Below, piece by piece: positions 34,830-46,037 of a stretch of 64,000 nt of DNA. Location of the stretch: positions 167,583 to 231,582 of the forward strand of contig JBGAFT010000003.1 of NCBI GenBank assembly GCA_044227055.1, in the 5' to 3' direction. The notes below the pieces were generated by a model. That model had not been told where the DNA came from and searched no databases. It saw only the letters and a program-made list of their open reading frames with translations. How positions within the stretch are numbered: position 1 is the first letter of the stretch; every line of letters starts with the position of its first letter. The DNA comes from a bacterium (GTDB lineage Bacteria > Chlamydiota > Chlamydiia > Chlamydiales > Rhabdochlamydiaceae). The translations under genes and the position numbers were made by a program.

Positions 34830-37643
34830 TTACAGCTCTTGTTGTAGGTACGTTATTTCAAATGCTTGGAGCACATCATTTTCTTTGAAGTCACTAAAGT
34901 TTTGTAAAAGGATTCCACACTCCATGCCTTTTGTAACTTCTCGCACATCTTCTTTGATGCGCTTTAGAGAGGCTACAGGTCCTTTCCAAATGACCTCTTT
35001 GTCTCTTACCACACGGATGTGGTTATTGCGGCGAATGGTGCCGGTTGTGACTTGACATCCGGCGATATTGCCAAGTTGAGAAGATTTGAAGACAGCTTTA
35101 ACGACAGCTTCACCCACATCGCTTTCTTGAGCAATTTTATCAAGCAGGCCTAACATTAAGGCTTTCATGTCGTCAACAGCATGATAGATAATATCATGGA
35201 GTTTGACGGTCACTTTTAGTTGTTTGATCAAAGACTCTGCATGGCTCTCAATCTGAGTATGGAAGCCCAAAATGATCGCTTTTGAAGCAGCTGCCAGTTG
35301 AATATCTGATTCCGAAATCTCGCCTACTTCGGAAGAAACCACCGTGATCTCGACTTTCTTTGAAGGGATCTTCATGAGAGAAGTTTTCAAAGCATCAAGA
35401 GATCCTTGAACGTCAGCTCGCAAGATCAAGTGAAGGACTTTCTTTTGAGGTTCTGATTTCGATAACATCAAGCTTTCTAAGCCCGGCTTTTTTGAGAGTA
35501 GGCTTGCTTCATGCTTCTGACCAATCGAGCGTTGATGGGAAAGGTCGCGTGCTTCCTTTTCGCTTTTGACAACGATAAACTCGCTTCCAGCGCCTGGAAT
35601 TCCGGAAAGACCTGTAATTTTTACAGGAGATGATGGCGATGCCTCTTTGATTTCTTTGCCATTTTCATCATGCATCGTTTTTACGCGGGCCCAATGTTGG
35701 TCGAAGACAACGGCATCTCCGAGTTTTAAAGTTCCGTTTTGGACGAGCAGGGTTGCTACTGCACCCATTCCTTTATGCATTTCTGATTCGATTACAGTTC
35801 CACGTGCACGGGAGGCGGGGTTAGCTCTTAATTCTAAGATTTCAGCTTGCAGTGCTAACATCTCAAGTAATTCAGGAACTCCTTGTTTCGTCAGAGCAGA
35901 GCAATTGATAGTGATCGTTGAACCACCCCAAGCTTCTGGAAGAAGGTTCTGATCGGCTAATTGTCTATACACGTTTTCTTGGTTAAAGTTCGGTTTATCG
36001 CACTTATTGATTGCTACAACAACTGGAAGTTGAGCCGCTTTGGCTTGCTCTAATGCTTCAAGCGTTTGCGCGCGCATCCCTTCATCGCCAGCAACTACTA
36101 GGACAACGATATCGGTAACGTCTGCACCTCGGGCACGCATTGCAGAGAATGCTTCATGGCCAGGAGTGTCTAAAATTGCAATATCACCAACTGAAGTATG
36201 GCAACGGAATGCACCGATGTGCTGTGTGATTGCCCCAGCTTCTCCGGCAGCGACGTTTGTCGTGCGGATCGCGTCGATCAAACTAGTTTTCCCGTGATCG
36301 ACATGCCCCATGAACGCTACAACAGGGGGACGTAATGTCAGAAGTTCAGCAGATGTGTCTTGGATTTCTTGGCGGATCGTTTTATCAGTAATACGCAAAC
36401 GCTCTGCTTCACTTGTATCAATTGTGATCTGACAGTCAAACTCATGACCAAGGAGTTGCACTGTGGTCTCATCATCGAGAAGGTCGTTTAGGGTTAAAAT
36501 GACACCTTGCATGAAAAGCTTGGAAATAAGCTGTGAAGCTTTAAGCTTCATTTCTGAGGCTAAGTCTTTAATGCTAATTGGAAGACGAACGCTGAGTTTT
36601 TTTGGACGGATCACCATTTCTTCAGTGAATACCGAGCGTGTTTTGACTGGACGTCTTTTACGCCATGACTCATCACTGGAATCACGAAGGCCTTGTCGAT
36701 CGCGTGAGTCAAATGCGCGAGTATCACCGAGTTTTTTGCCTGGCTTTACTTCACGAGTTTCTTTTAGTTTCCCTTTATCATCTACACGAGCTGGTTTTTG
36801 AGTTCTTCGCGATTGTTCATCGAGAGGTTTGGTAGGCAAATCTCGCGGAGGCATTGGCCGACGTGGGAAGTCAGATGGGGGGCCAAAACGTCGAGGTGTG
36901 AATCCAGGGCCCGATCCTTCCTGACGTGGCGGATAACCGCCACCTTCTCCAGGTCTTCTGCTTTGATATGGAGGACGAGAAGTAGAGCTAGCTCCTCCGG
37001 GACCACCGGTTCGTGGAGGATAATTGCGTGAAGGATATCCGCCGCTACTTTCTCTAGATTGATAACCTTGGTTAGAAGGACGTTGATAACCGCCTTGTTG
37101 GGTAGGACGCTGATAGCCACCTTGTTGAGGTGAACGCTGGAAGCCTTCCTGCTGTGGGCGTTGGTAACCACCTTGTTGCTGAGGTCTTTGATAGCCTTCC
37201 TGCTGTGGACGTTGGTAACCACCTTGTTGTTGAGGTCTTTGATAGCCTTCCTGTTGGGGACGCTGATACCCGCCGTTTAGTTGAGCAGGACGTTGGTATC
37301 CTTCCTGCTGCGGACGTTGTGGATAAGGAGGTTTATTTGTCGGAGCGGTCCGAGGTTGCTGCGGAGAAGCTTCAGGCTGTTTTTCAATAGAAGCTTCCGG
37401 AGCAGCTGTTTTTTCTAAAACAGGCTCTCGATGCTCGACAAGAGGCTCAGGCTTGTATTCCGGAACTGACACAGGTTTTACTTCAGTTTCGGGAGCAGCC
37501 AAAGCTTCCTCCTTCTCCATAGACGGAGCAGGTGTCTCTTGCTTTTTTTTCGCTTCAGCAGTTTTAGGCTTTTTCACCTGATTAAGCTTTAAAGCTTCAG
37601 CGAGCTGTGTGTTCTTGATGTTGAGTTTCAAATTTTTAGCCAA
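34830..37643 (-). CDS. infB: translation initiation factor IF-2 with repeat-rich N-terminal region
   Basis: 937 aa with G-domain motifs [14 protein letters not shown] and NKCD, and the full C-terminal domains. The N-terminal third is P/Q/G/Y/R-rich. Confidence 0.97.
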   Translation of the reverse strand: MAKNLKLNIKNTQLAEALKLNQVKKPKTAEAKKKQETPAPSMEKEEALAAPETEVKPVSVPEYKPEPLVEHREPVLEKTAAPEASIEKQPEASPQQPRTAPTNKPPYPQRPQQEGYQRPAQLNGGYQRPQQEGYQRPQQQGGYQRPQQEGYQRPQQQGGYQRPQQEGFQRSPQQGGYQRPTQQGGYQRPSNQGYQSRESSGGYPSRNYPPRTGGPGGASSTSRPPYQSRRPGEGGGYPPRQEGSGPGFTPRRFGPPSDFPRRPMPPRDLPTKPLDEQSRRTQKPARVDDKGKLKETREVKPGKKLGDTRAFDSRDRQGLRDSSDESWRKRRPVKTRSVFTEEMVIRPKKLSVRLPISIKDLASEMKLKASQLISKLFMQGVILTLNDLLDDETTVQLLGHEFDCQITIDTSEAERLRITDKTIRQEIQDTSAELLTLRPPVVAFMGHVDHGKTSLIDAIRTTNVAAGEAGAITQHIGAFRCHTSVGDIAILDTPGHEAFSAMRARGADVTDIVVLVVAGDEGMRAQTLEALEQAKAAQLPVVVAINKCDKPNFNQENVYRQLADQNLLPEAWGGSTITINCSALTKQGVPELLEMLALQAEILELRANPASRARGTVIESEMHKGMGAVATLLVQNGTLKLGDAVVFDQHWARVKTMHDENGKEIKEASPSSPVKITGLSGIPGAGSEFIVVKSEKEARDLSHQRSIGQKHEASLLSKKPGLESLMLSKSEPQKKVLHLILRADVQGSLDALKTSLMKIPSKKVEITVVSSEVGEISESDIQLAAASKAIILGFHTQIESHAESLIKQLKVTVKLHDIIYHAVDDMKALMLGLLDKIAQESDVGEAVVKAVFKSSQLGNIAGCQVTTGTIRRNNHIRVVRDKEVIWKGPVASLKRIKEDVREVTKGMECGILLQNFSDFKENDVLQAFEITYLQQEL
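37040..37330 (-). repeat. in-frame degenerate tandem repeat inside infB (GYQRPQQ-type units)
   Basis: Two adjacent 51-bp units, 37144-37194 and 37195-37245, differ at 2 of 51 positions by my count. They are flanked by more degenerate copies and encode ...[34 protein letters not shown]... Confidence 0.85.
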
Positions 37644-37646
37644 GAA

Positions 37647-38921
37647 TTACTCCCTCTTCTTTTGTATTTCCTCGAAAATTTTAAACACGATCTCTGGTCC
37701 GATCTCTGGGAATTTTGCAATAATGAGTTCAGGACCAGCCATGAGCAATTTTCGTGGGGTATCATATTCAGAACTTGTAAGACTTTTGATGATAAGGCTG
37801 CTCATTCCGTCGATTCGAAGCTTGTCATCTAGTGTTGGATCATCAGAAGTCTTGAGTCTTTCGCGTTCAATACCCAACAAGGCTTGGTAGTCGGACATTT
37901 TCTGAACAATGAGTTCAACACCCAACAGTTCAGCGTTCAAGCGAGCATTCATCCCGCCTTTGCCAAGCGCTTTGGGATAATCGTCATCATTCACAACAAT
38001 GCTAATTTCAGATCCATCTTCGTTGACATTGATGCGTTTGATCTCTAAAGGGGACATGGCATTCTGTAGAAGCTGGATAGAATCTTCAGCGTAAGGAAAA
38101 ATATCAATTTTTTCGTTATTAAGTTCTCGGATGATATTTTTAACGCGACTTCCTCTTGTTCCGACACAAGCTCCTACAGGATCTACTTTACTGTCGTTAG
38201 AACGCACAGCTACCTTGGTGCGATATCCTGCTTCACGGACAATTCTCTCAATTACGATTGTGCCATCATTGAGTTCAGGAACTTCTTGCATGAAGAGCTG
38301 AGTGACAAATTGAGGATGGCTTCTAGATAAAATAACCTCTGCACCACCGCTATCGGTGTCACGAACTTCATAAAGAAGTGCTTGGACCCTGTCGCCTACG
38401 TTATATTTCTCAATTTTCGGATAGAATCTATCAGGCAAAATTGCCTCGACTTTCCCCAGGTCGACGATAAGTGTTGCGCCTCTGACAATTCGCTTAATTG
38501 AACCTGAAACGATTTCATTAATGCGGTGTCGATATTCTTCATAGATCACATCGCGTTCTGCGCTGCGAAGTTTTTGTCCAATAATCTGTCTAGCAGTTTG
38601 TGCAGCGATGCGACCAAAATCTTGCGGAGTGATGATTATGTCGATCCAATCCCCAATTTGCGCATCCGGATTGATTTTGCGTGCTTCTTCTAGAAGAATT
38701 TCTTCGTCAGGAATAGTGACTTTATCAACGACTTCTTTTTGTGCGATGACGTCGATGTTACCAGTTTTGGGGTGGATGGTCACAGTAACGTTGATATATC
38801 CTTTAATTCCTTTACGCGCTGCCGCACGAAGAGATTCTTCAATAGCAGAGATGATCACATCTCGTTTGATCCCTTTTTCGCGTTCCAAGTACTCAAATAT
38901 GGCGACTAGATCTTTATTCAT
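37647..38921 (-). CDS. nusA: transcription termination/antitermination factor NusA
   Basis: 424 aa with the N-terminal domain, S1, two KH domains (ACVGTRGSRVKNI, ALGKGGMNARL) and a C-terminal acidic repeat. Confidence 0.95.
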   Translation of the reverse strand: MNKDLVAIFEYLEREKGIKRDVIISAIEESLRAAARKGIKGYINVTVTIHPKTGNIDVIAQKEVVDKVTIPDEEILLEEARKINPDAQIGDWIDIIITPQDFGRIAAQTARQIIGQKLRSAERDVIYEEYRHRINEIVSGSIKRIVRGATLIVDLGKVEAILPDRFYPKIEKYNVGDRVQALLYEVRDTDSGGAEVILSRSHPQFVTQLFMQEVPELNDGTIVIERIVREAGYRTKVAVRSNDSKVDPVGACVGTRGSRVKNIIRELNNEKIDIFPYAEDSIQLLQNAMSPLEIKRINVNEDGSEISIVVNDDDYPKALGKGGMNARLNAELLGVELIVQKMSDYQALLGIERERLKTSDDPTLDDKLRIDGMSSLIIKSLTSSEYDTPRKLLMAGPELIIAKFPEIGPEIVFKIFEEIQKKRE

Positions 38922-39020
38922 CCTTGACTAAGCCTCATCGTACACAGCATTATAAATTATTAAAGTTGTTTGATTTTACAGGGTTGAACTCTTACATTCA
39001 ACCCCGATGAAAGAACAGAA

Positions 39021-40793
39021 TTATTCTGTTTCTTCTTCTCCAGTTTCTTTGGCTTTACCAGCCTCGTCTTTTGTTTTGGTCTTCTTAGAAGTGCGTGCTT
39101 TTTTAGAACCAACTACAATATCGTCGCGATTATGTTTGTTCTTTTCGACGAGGTAATCCTTTATAGAGAGAGAGATTTTTTTATGCTCTGAATCTAATTT
39201 GATTACTTTAGCTGTAACTTCTTCACCTTTATGGATGACGTCCTCAACTTTGCCAAATGGCTGATCAGAAAGTTCGGTTACGTGGATCAAAGCCTCAATT
39301 CCATTTTCCAATTCAACGAATGCCCCAAATGCCGTAATTTTTGTTACAACGCCTTTGACAAGCGAGTCGACTGGCATAGTCTTTTCTATGGATTCCCAAG
39401 GATTATTGGAAAGTTGTTTTACACCTAAAGTGATTTTCTTACTTTCTTTATCTACAGATAAAACAACTGCTTCTACTTTGTCGCCTTTCTTGAATACTTC
39501 GGAAGGATGGGATACTTTTTTAATCCAGCTAAGATCAGAGATGTGAATCAATCCATCAATTCCTGGCTCGAGTTCAACAAAAGCACCGTAATTGGTCAGG
39601 TTGCGGATCTCAGCTTGGACACCTTTACCAACAGGGTATTTTTTCTCGACATCTTCCCAAGGATTTCTTTCTGTTTGCTTGATACCAAGAGAAATTTTCC
39701 CTTCTTCTTTTTGAACGGAGAGAACGATTGCTTCCACTTCGTCGCCTTTTTTGACAACTTCAGATGGGTCTGTGACGTTCTTTACCCACGACATTTCTGA
39801 TACGTGGATAAGTCCTTCGATGCCGGGTTCGATTTCAATGAATGCGCCATAGGGAACTAAATTGACGATCTTACCGTGAACGCGCGTTCCAGCAGGATAG
39901 CGATTTTCAATCTCTTCCCAAGGATTTGACTCTTTTTGTTTCATTCCGAGAGCGACTCTTCCTTTTTCTCTATCGATGTGTAGGATCATCACCTCGAGCT
40001 CTTGGCCGAGTTGTACCATTTCAGATGGGTGCTTAATCCGCTTCCAAGTCATGTCGGTGATGTGTAGGAGTCCATCGATTCCGTCGAGGTCTAAAAAGAC
40101 ACCGAAATCGGTGATGTTTTTCACGATGCCACTGCGAACTTCTCCGATTTGGATGTTGTCGAGTAATTCAGCTTTGCGAGAAATGCGCTCTTCCTCGAGA
40201 AGTTCACGACGAGATACGACAATGTTTTTGCGTTCGGTGTTGATCTTAAGGATTTTGAAGTCGTACGTTTGGCCTAGATACTCATCGAGACTCTTTATGC
40301 GCTTGTTGTCGATTTGCGATCCTGGTAGGAATGCTTCCATGCCGATGTCGACCATCAAGCCGCCTTTAACTTTGCGCACAACTTTACCACGGACAATAGA
40401 GCCTTCATCGCAATTATGTACGATATATTCCCATTGACGTTGGCGACGAGCTTTGTCTCTGGAGAGAACGATTTGTCCGTCTTGACCTTCAGCTTGATCC
40501 AAAAACACTTCCACTTCGTTGCCGAGAACGAGTTCAGCAGGGTCATCAAATTCATCGATAGGTACTAAACCTTCTGATTTGAGGCCTACGTCGATCACGA
40601 CAAAGTCTTTGGTGATTTCAACTATTCTGCCTCTGAGGATTTGCCCCACATTCATTGAGGAAATTGATCCTTCAGATGCATTAGCTTCTTTGCTGTCGAG
40701 TAAACGTTTGAATTGTTTAGCATCTTCTTCTTTGAAGTCGATGTCGTCGATTATTTTGCTTTCGCTCCAATCGAGTTTAGAGTTTTTGGACAT
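39021..40793 (-). CDS. rpsA: 30S ribosomal protein S1
   Basis: 590 aa with six S1 motifs (repeating G.V..I..FGAF(V/L)(E/D)L...(E/D)GL(I/L)H(I/V)S(E/D)) and a lysine-rich tail. Confidence 0.97.
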   Translation of the reverse strand: MSKNSKLDWSESKIIDDIDFKEEDAKQFKRLLDSKEANASEGSISSMNVGQILRGRIVEITKDFVVIDVGLKSEGLVPIDEFDDPAELVLGNEVEVFLDQAEGQDGQIVLSRDKARRQRQWEYIVHNCDEGSIVRGKVVRKVKGGLMVDIGMEAFLPGSQIDNKRIKSLDEYLGQTYDFKILKINTERKNIVVSRRELLEEERISRKAELLDNIQIGEVRSGIVKNITDFGVFLDLDGIDGLLHITDMTWKRIKHPSEMVQLGQELEVMILHIDREKGRVALGMKQKESNPWEEIENRYPAGTRVHGKIVNLVPYGAFIEIEPGIEGLIHVSEMSWVKNVTDPSEVVKKGDEVEAIVLSVQKEEGKISLGIKQTERNPWEDVEKKYPVGKGVQAEIRNLTNYGAFVELEPGIDGLIHISDLSWIKKVSHPSEVFKKGDKVEAVVLSVDKESKKITLGVKQLSNNPWESIEKTMPVDSLVKGVVTKITAFGAFVELENGIEALIHVTELSDQPFGKVEDVIHKGEEVTAKVIKLDSEHKKISLSIKDYLVEKNKHNRDDIVVGSKKARTSKKTKTKDEAGKAKETGEEETE

Positions 40794-41390
40794 GTTAAAG
40801 GTTGCTCCTAAGTTTCTGTTTCATTGGCGAGCACGGTGCTTCTCGCCTTTTAGCCTATCCGTTCAGGGATAGTAATAGGGCCAATTAGAATGGCATAGTG
40901 GTGTATATTCGTGAGTTATTCGAAATATGCACCTAGCGCTGCTGGCTTTTCGCCCCTTTGCGCCACGTCTTTTGAGGAAGTGGGATGCTGATTTTGAGCA
41001 TGCGCAGGTAGCGCACTGTGCTAAAATTGAATGGGATAATGATCCAGCTATCGCCTAAGGAAACAGGTTATCAAATGAATAGTAATAACGCAATTACAAA
41101 TGGAAGCGGCGAGGGAAGGTAAGGCTAAAGAGGATGTGTGGGTGCGAACATAGACGTAATTTAAAAGAATATATATCTTATCGAAGATAAGCATGATCAG
41201 TGCGTAGCTAAAGAAGCAGGAAGAAGTCATAAAGTTATTATCATTGATATTATGCTCAAAGCGAGCCAGCTTGTTTTAAAAATAATTAAAACCTGTGCTG
41301 ATACATCTATGTGTATGAAAATTAGATGGTTTGGGTGTAGGGTCTCATAAAGTCTTGCGTAACAAAATTGAGCCCGGCTATGTTAACTTT

Positions 41391-42173
41391 ATGAAAACGA
41401 TTGTATTAAAGTTTGGCGGGGCTTCTGTTGCAACTCCTGAAAGCTTCTCTCGGATAGTAGATATTATTTTAAAGATTCGAGCAGATTATCCCTATGTTAT
41501 CGTTGTTGTCAGCGCGATGGGCAATTCAACTGATGAGTTGATTAAGCTCGCTCAGCAGGTTAACTCTCAACCTTCTAAGCGTGAATTAGATATGCTTCTA
41601 TCTGTAGGTGAAAGGATCAGCATGTCTCTTTTGGCAATGGCATTGAATGCTCGGGGAGTTGAGGCAAAAAGCTTTACTGGCAGCCAATCAGGCATAATTA
41701 CTACAAGCGATCATTCCGAAGCACTTGTCATTGCTGTAAGGCCTCACAGATTAAAAACGGCCTTAGAGGAAGAAAAAGTTGTTATTGTAGCAGGTTTCCA
41801 AGGTGTTAGCAGAGAAGGGGAGATCACGACCTTGGGACGAGGGGGATCGGACACTTCTGCCGTAGCGCTTGCTATTGCTATGGATGCAGAGCGCGTAGAC
41901 TTTTATAAAGATGTTCCAGGAATATTTTCTTCAGATCCAAAAAAAAATTTGAAAGCAGAGCATTTTTCCTTGTTGAATTATGATCAAGCGCTAACTATAT
42001 GCCTTAGCGGCGCAAGGGTCTTGCACTCCCGTTGCTTAGAGCTTGCAAAGAATAATGGTGTGCCTTTGAGGGTTCTTTCTTTCAATGAAACACTTAAGCA
42101 AGAGACATGGATCATGGAGGAAGGAAAGAACAATCGACCAGTGCAATCTCAGTACGAAGCCGCTTATGTTTGA
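41391..42173 (+). CDS. lysC: aspartokinase-like amino-acid kinase lacking ACT regulatory domains
   Basis: I prefer the ATG at 41391 (MKTIVLKFGGASVATPESF...). Motifs VVVSAMGNSTDELI, LLSVGERISMSLLAMAL, TTLGRGGSDTSAVALA and DVPGIFSSDP. It ends after ~260 aa without ACT domains. Confidence 0.8.
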   Translation: MKTIVLKFGGASVATPESFSRIVDIILKIRADYPYVIVVVSAMGNSTDELIKLAQQVNSQPSKRELDMLLSVGERISMSLLAMALNARGVEAKSFTGSQSGIITTSDHSEALVIAVRPHRLKTALEEEKVVIVAGFQGVSREGEITTLGRGGSDTSAVALAIAMDAERVDFYKDVPGIFSSDPKKNLKAEHFSLLNYDQALTICLSGARVLHSRCLELAKNNGVPLRVLSFNETLKQETWIMEEGKNNRPVQSQYEAAYV

Positions 42174-44130
42174 ATTGGGAGGCCTTGAAGACAGAGAAAA
42201 CGTCTTCCCAAAAGCAGGTAGCATTCATTCAAAAGGAAAAGAGTTCCCTAGAATCCATCATGTTCTCATTGATCCTTCTGAACCCCCATCTTACTCTTTA
42301 AGGCATTTAGAGTTGCTTCGGAGCATGATAGTCCGTTTGTCTTTAGATGAGAGAATCTATAGAGACATTTCTGACGAAGACACTCGCCTACGATGTTTTT
42401 TAGCTCTCGAGAAAGCGCTTCCGATAGTTGACTGGCGTCAATGGGGAGATCCTCCTCTCAATTGTGCGGTGCATTTGTTGGTGCGTCATCAACCTTTTGT
42501 GGCGAAATTTTTTTTCGATATGGTGAGTCGATGGCTCATCCCAGGTCAAAAAATTGATGTCCGCCTCCTTTTCTCGGAAGATTTTTATCTGCCTGACATT
42601 AGTGAGACAAGATATCAGTTATGCGAAGCAGTGATCTCTGTTTTTAGTGTAAAGCAAATGGAAGCTGTGCAACGCAATTTATCAATTTTATTAGCAGAAA
42701 TCAGAATGGGGGTCATTTCGGCCTTCCATGCAGCGCGTATCATCGAGGGAAAGGGGCTTTCGATAGAAGAAAAAATCATGCTTGTCCAAGAACGGGTTGC
42801 ATCCCAACTACAACGTTGGCCACAACTGTATGACTTGAATATATTTCAAGAAATGCAAACATTTTTTTCTATCGTTGAGTCTGGGTTCAAGCGTTCGCAC
42901 GAACATGCATTTATGGCCCGCATTATCTGCTCTTTTCACCTCATTCGAAAATCTCTTATTCGAGCAATGGAGACTGCAATAGAAGAAAGACCTGTTAGGG
43001 TTAATACCTCTTATGCCGTGTTGCACTCACCATTAGGAATAAAAAAAGTGTTAGGGATCTCGGTTGGGATTGTTTTGCAACGTGGAGGAGAAGTTTTTGA
43101 AAAACATCATTTATGGAAAGCAATTGATCAACTTTCCTTGGAATGTGATGTAATTGAAGACACCTTTATTCAAGAAAACGATTCAGCAAATAGAGTTCAT
43201 CTATTTTATATCGAAGTCGATGTTCAAGAAAAAAGACTTAACCGCTTGAGCATACAACAGGAACTTATAAGTGCTGTATCCCGTTGCGTCGAGCGCCTTA
43301 CTAAGCCCATTTTTATGCCTCGCAACGAAGAAGAAGTTATGCGCAATATTTTGACTTTAAGCAAACAGTTAAAATACGTGAACGATCTTCCTCAAGTAAT
43401 CATATCTTTTGATTGTCAAATGGGCGATGTCCTTTCTTTTACCGCAGTAATTTTGCGCATTTTAAAACCTGATGTGGCTTCTTTAGATGAAATACAGCAA
43501 ATGCCCAATGATCCATCCTATATTATAGAGCGCATCAAAAGAGTAGGTGTAATAAGGAAAAAATATCCCAAGGAAGCAGTGGTTATGCGTTTGACCATTC
43601 CATGGGATGGTTTTTTAAGGTCCGACCAATCTGTTGATCTACTAAAAGCGCGATTGACAATTGTCCATAAGATACAGCAATTTGTGGGAGAATTTCGCGA
43701 TTACAATGGAGGAATGCTTGCTAAACAACAAGAAAGCTTGCGTCATTTTCAGCAGGTTCTTGGCGAGAATTTAAAGAAATTTCATTACCTTGTGGAGAAT
43801 TTTTTTCATTCTATAGCTCCTGTTGAGATCCGCATTATTGCTCCAGCAGCGTCTTTGAAATTGTTGTTTGAGGGTATGTTAAAAATTAGCTTGAGTGGAA
43901 CGCTGGGAATGACAAAGGGAGAAACTGATCAACATCTTTATATTATTTTATCCGATGAAGATAAAGCTTTCATATTTGACACCTTTTCCCGTCTTCAAGC
44001 ATTGCGACTTCCCTTTCCTACGTTCCTTTCTACGATGATTTCTCAAAATGAAGTACATACATTGGGGATTATTTTGTATGAGAAGGATTCTAAAGTAGAG
44101 AAAAGAATATTTGAAACATTGAAGAAGTAA
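42166..44130 (+). CDS. hypothetical protein (654 aa), translationally coupled to the aspartokinase-like gene
   Basis: The ATG at 42166 overlaps the upstream stop (ATGTTTGA). It is a long uninterrupted ORF with ordinary composition and no domain I recognise. Confidence 0.7.
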   Translation: MFELGGLEDRENVFPKAGSIHSKGKEFPRIHHVLIDPSEPPSYSLRHLELLRSMIVRLSLDERIYRDISDEDTRLRCFLALEKALPIVDWRQWGDPPLNCAVHLLVRHQPFVAKFFFDMVSRWLIPGQKIDVRLLFSEDFYLPDISETRYQLCEAVISVFSVKQMEAVQRNLSILLAEIRMGVISAFHAARIIEGKGLSIEEKIMLVQERVASQLQRWPQLYDLNIFQEMQTFFSIVESGFKRSHEHAFMARIICSFHLIRKSLIRAMETAIEERPVRVNTSYAVLHSPLGIKKVLGISVGIVLQRGGEVFEKHHLWKAIDQLSLECDVIEDTFIQENDSANRVHLFYIEVDVQEKRLNRLSIQQELISAVSRCVERLTKPIFMPRNEEEVMRNILTLSKQLKYVNDLPQVIISFDCQMGDVLSFTAVILRILKPDVASLDEIQQMPNDPSYIIERIKRVGVIRKKYPKEAVVMRLTIPWDGFLRSDQSVDLLKARLTIVHKIQQFVGEFRDYNGGMLAKQQESLRHFQQVLGENLKKFHYLVENFFHSIAPVEIRIIAPAASLKLLFEGMLKISLSGTLGMTKGETDQHLYIILSDEDKAFIFDTFSRLQALRLPFPTFLSTMISQNEVHTLGIILYEKDSKVEKRIFETLKK

Positions 44131-44307
44131 AGGGAAAGTTTGGTCGCGGGCAGTATATCAAAGTGATTAGGGATCATTTCGAATGTTCAAGTGTCCGATC
44201 TACTGTGCATGCCCGATGTTCATCTGATTTTTTTCCCCTTCACCTCTCAACTTGTAGCTAATTTTCAGTTAATATAAGCTTCTGTCCATATCTTGGGGTA
44301 GCATCGT

Positions 44308-45075
44308 ATGGTTAAAAAGAATTCTTTGTCGTCTGTTCAAGTAGAGCCATCTTTGCTTTCAGCAGATTTTGGTAAACTTGCTTTTGAAGCTAAGCGTGTT
44401 GAGGACGCTGGTGCGGATGCTCTACATATCGATATAATGGATGGTCATTTTGTTCCTAATCTTACGTTTGGGCCAAAGATCGTCGCCGCAGTCAACCGAT
44501 CTTGTAATTTATTTTTAGATGTCCACCTCATGATTTATAATCCATTTGATTATATTGAAAGGTTTGCCGAATCAGGAGCTGATCGAATTACCGTTCACTT
44601 TGAGGCGACAGAAGATCTTGAGGAGACTCTGTCCTTCATTCGTAAATGTAATCTGCAGGCGGGGTTGGCCTTTTCTCCTGAGACATCATATTCTATGATT
44701 CCTAAGTACCTCGACAAATGCGACATGATCTTATTGATGACTGTAAATCCGGGCTTTGGCGGTCAAGCATTCATGCCTGAGGTCCTCGAAAAAATTCAAT
44801 TTACTCGCAACTTATGTGATCAACTTAATATCCGCAAAGGGGGCGTTGTAGCGAAAGCTGATAAGGAAGATGACGCCCTTCCACCGTATGATATCCAAGT
44901 CGATGGCGGAATAGATGATAAAACAGCGCAACTATGTGTAGATGCCGGGGCAAATATTCTTGTTTCGGGTTCATATCTTTTCAAAGCTCCTGATATGCAG
45001 GCAGCAATTCAGGGATTACGCAATATTAAGAGGCGGAAGCTTTCTTCGATAACACCCTCTAAGGTTAAAAAATGA
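44308..45075 (+). CDS. rpe: ribulose-phosphate 3-epimerase
   Basis: EPSLLSADFGKL, HIDIMDGHFVPNLTFGP, LLMTVNPGFGGQAF and DGGI motifs. It has an internal insertion and a basic C-terminal tail. Confidence 0.92.
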   Translation: MVKKNSLSSVQVEPSLLSADFGKLAFEAKRVEDAGADALHIDIMDGHFVPNLTFGPKIVAAVNRSCNLFLDVHLMIYNPFDYIERFAESGADRITVHFEATEDLEETLSFIRKCNLQAGLAFSPETSYSMIPKYLDKCDMILLMTVNPGFGGQAFMPEVLEKIQFTRNLCDQLNIRKGGVVAKADKEDDALPPYDIQVDGGIDDKTAQLCVDAGANILVSGSYLFKAPDMQAAIQGLRNIKRRKLSSITPSKVKK

Positions 45076-46037
45076 AAAAAGTCGTTGTAATCGGCGGTGG
45101 AACTGGTAACTTTTCTGTGCTAAAGGGACTAAAAAACTACGATGTAGATCTTAGCGCTATTGTTTCTATGGCAGATGATGGGGGTAGTACAGGAATTTTA
45201 CGCGATGAACTAGGTGTACTGCCTCCAGGAGATGTTCGCCAGTGCTTAGTTGCGCTTTCAGATTCGTCCCGCTTGATGCGCAGTTTGATGAATTATAGAT
45301 TTGAAAATGGGGGGCTTGAAGGACATAATTTTGGGAACCTCCTTCTTTCCGCATTAGAAAAAGTGACTGGCAGTTTTGAGAAAGCGGTAGAAGAAGTAGC
45401 TAAGATCCTTGCCATCAAAGGAAAAGTTATTCCTGTGACTACTCACGAAGTCAGACTGAAAATGATCCTCAACAATCGTAAAGTGTTAGAAGGGGAGAAG
45501 GAAATCTACCTTTCGCAAGAAATTGACCAAGGTTACAAAAGCATTTATCTAGAGCCTTATCCAAAAGCAAATCCTCACGCAATCGATGAAATGATCAATG
45601 CTGATATGATCGTGGTTGGACCAGGCGGCTTGCACACCTCTCTCATTCCTAATTTGCTCGTCGAAGGTGTGGCAGATGCGCTTAGAAGATCTCAAGCTAA
45701 AAAGACCTTTGTCGTCAATCTTATGAATAGAAAAGGTCAGACTACCGGTTTTAAAGTCAGTGATTATCTTCATGAGCTCAAACGTTACATTGGGGAAGAT
45801 GTGTTTGATTTTATCGTCGTCAATGATCAGCCTCCATCGCAGGAACTAATCGCAGTCTACGCAGATGAAGGAGATATCGTGGAAAACGATCTGCGCAATG
45901 ATGAAAGAATCAGGCTTGCCTCTTTACTTGGAGAGCTCAAAGATGGACCAAAAAAAGATCTTTTAAAGCGTAATCTGATCCGGCATGATTCAAAAAAATT
46001 AGCACAGGAGCTGATGAAAATTGTTAATCATCTTTGA
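45072..46037 (+). CDS. YvcK/CofD-like (UPF0052) gluconeogenesis-factor family protein
   Basis: VVVIGGGTGNFSVLKGLK, SMADDGGSTGILRDE..LPPGDVRQC and VGPGGLHTSLIPNL motifs. 4-nt overlap with rpe. Confidence 0.85.
   Translation: MKKVVVIGGGTGNFSVLKGLKNYDVDLSAIVSMADDGGSTGILRDELGVLPPGDVRQCLVALSDSSRLMRSLMNYRFENGGLEGHNFGNLLLSALEKVTGSFEKAVEEVAKILAIKGKVIPVTTHEVRLKMILNNRKVLEGEKEIYLSQEIDQGYKSIYLEPYPKANPHAIDEMINADMIVVGPGGLHTSLIPNLLVEGVADALRRSQAKKTFVVNLMNRKGQTTGFKVSDYLHELKRYIGEDVFDFIVVNDQPPSQELIAVYADEGDIVENDLRNDERIRLASLLGELKDGPKKDLLKRNLIRHDSKKLAQELMKIVNHL

Noticed and set aside
36782-37390. Several ORFs (36782-37222 minus in another frame, 36798-37031 plus, 37130-37390 plus) inside the infB repeat region.
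   Set aside because: The repetitive, stop-poor sequence keeps several frames open. The IF-2 frame is continuous with the canonical G domain.
41048-41230. 60-aa minus-strand ORF in the rpsA upstream gap.
   Set aside because: It has hydrophobic low-complexity sequence, no RBS and sits at the minimum-length cutoff. It was kept only as part of the unexplained-gap note.
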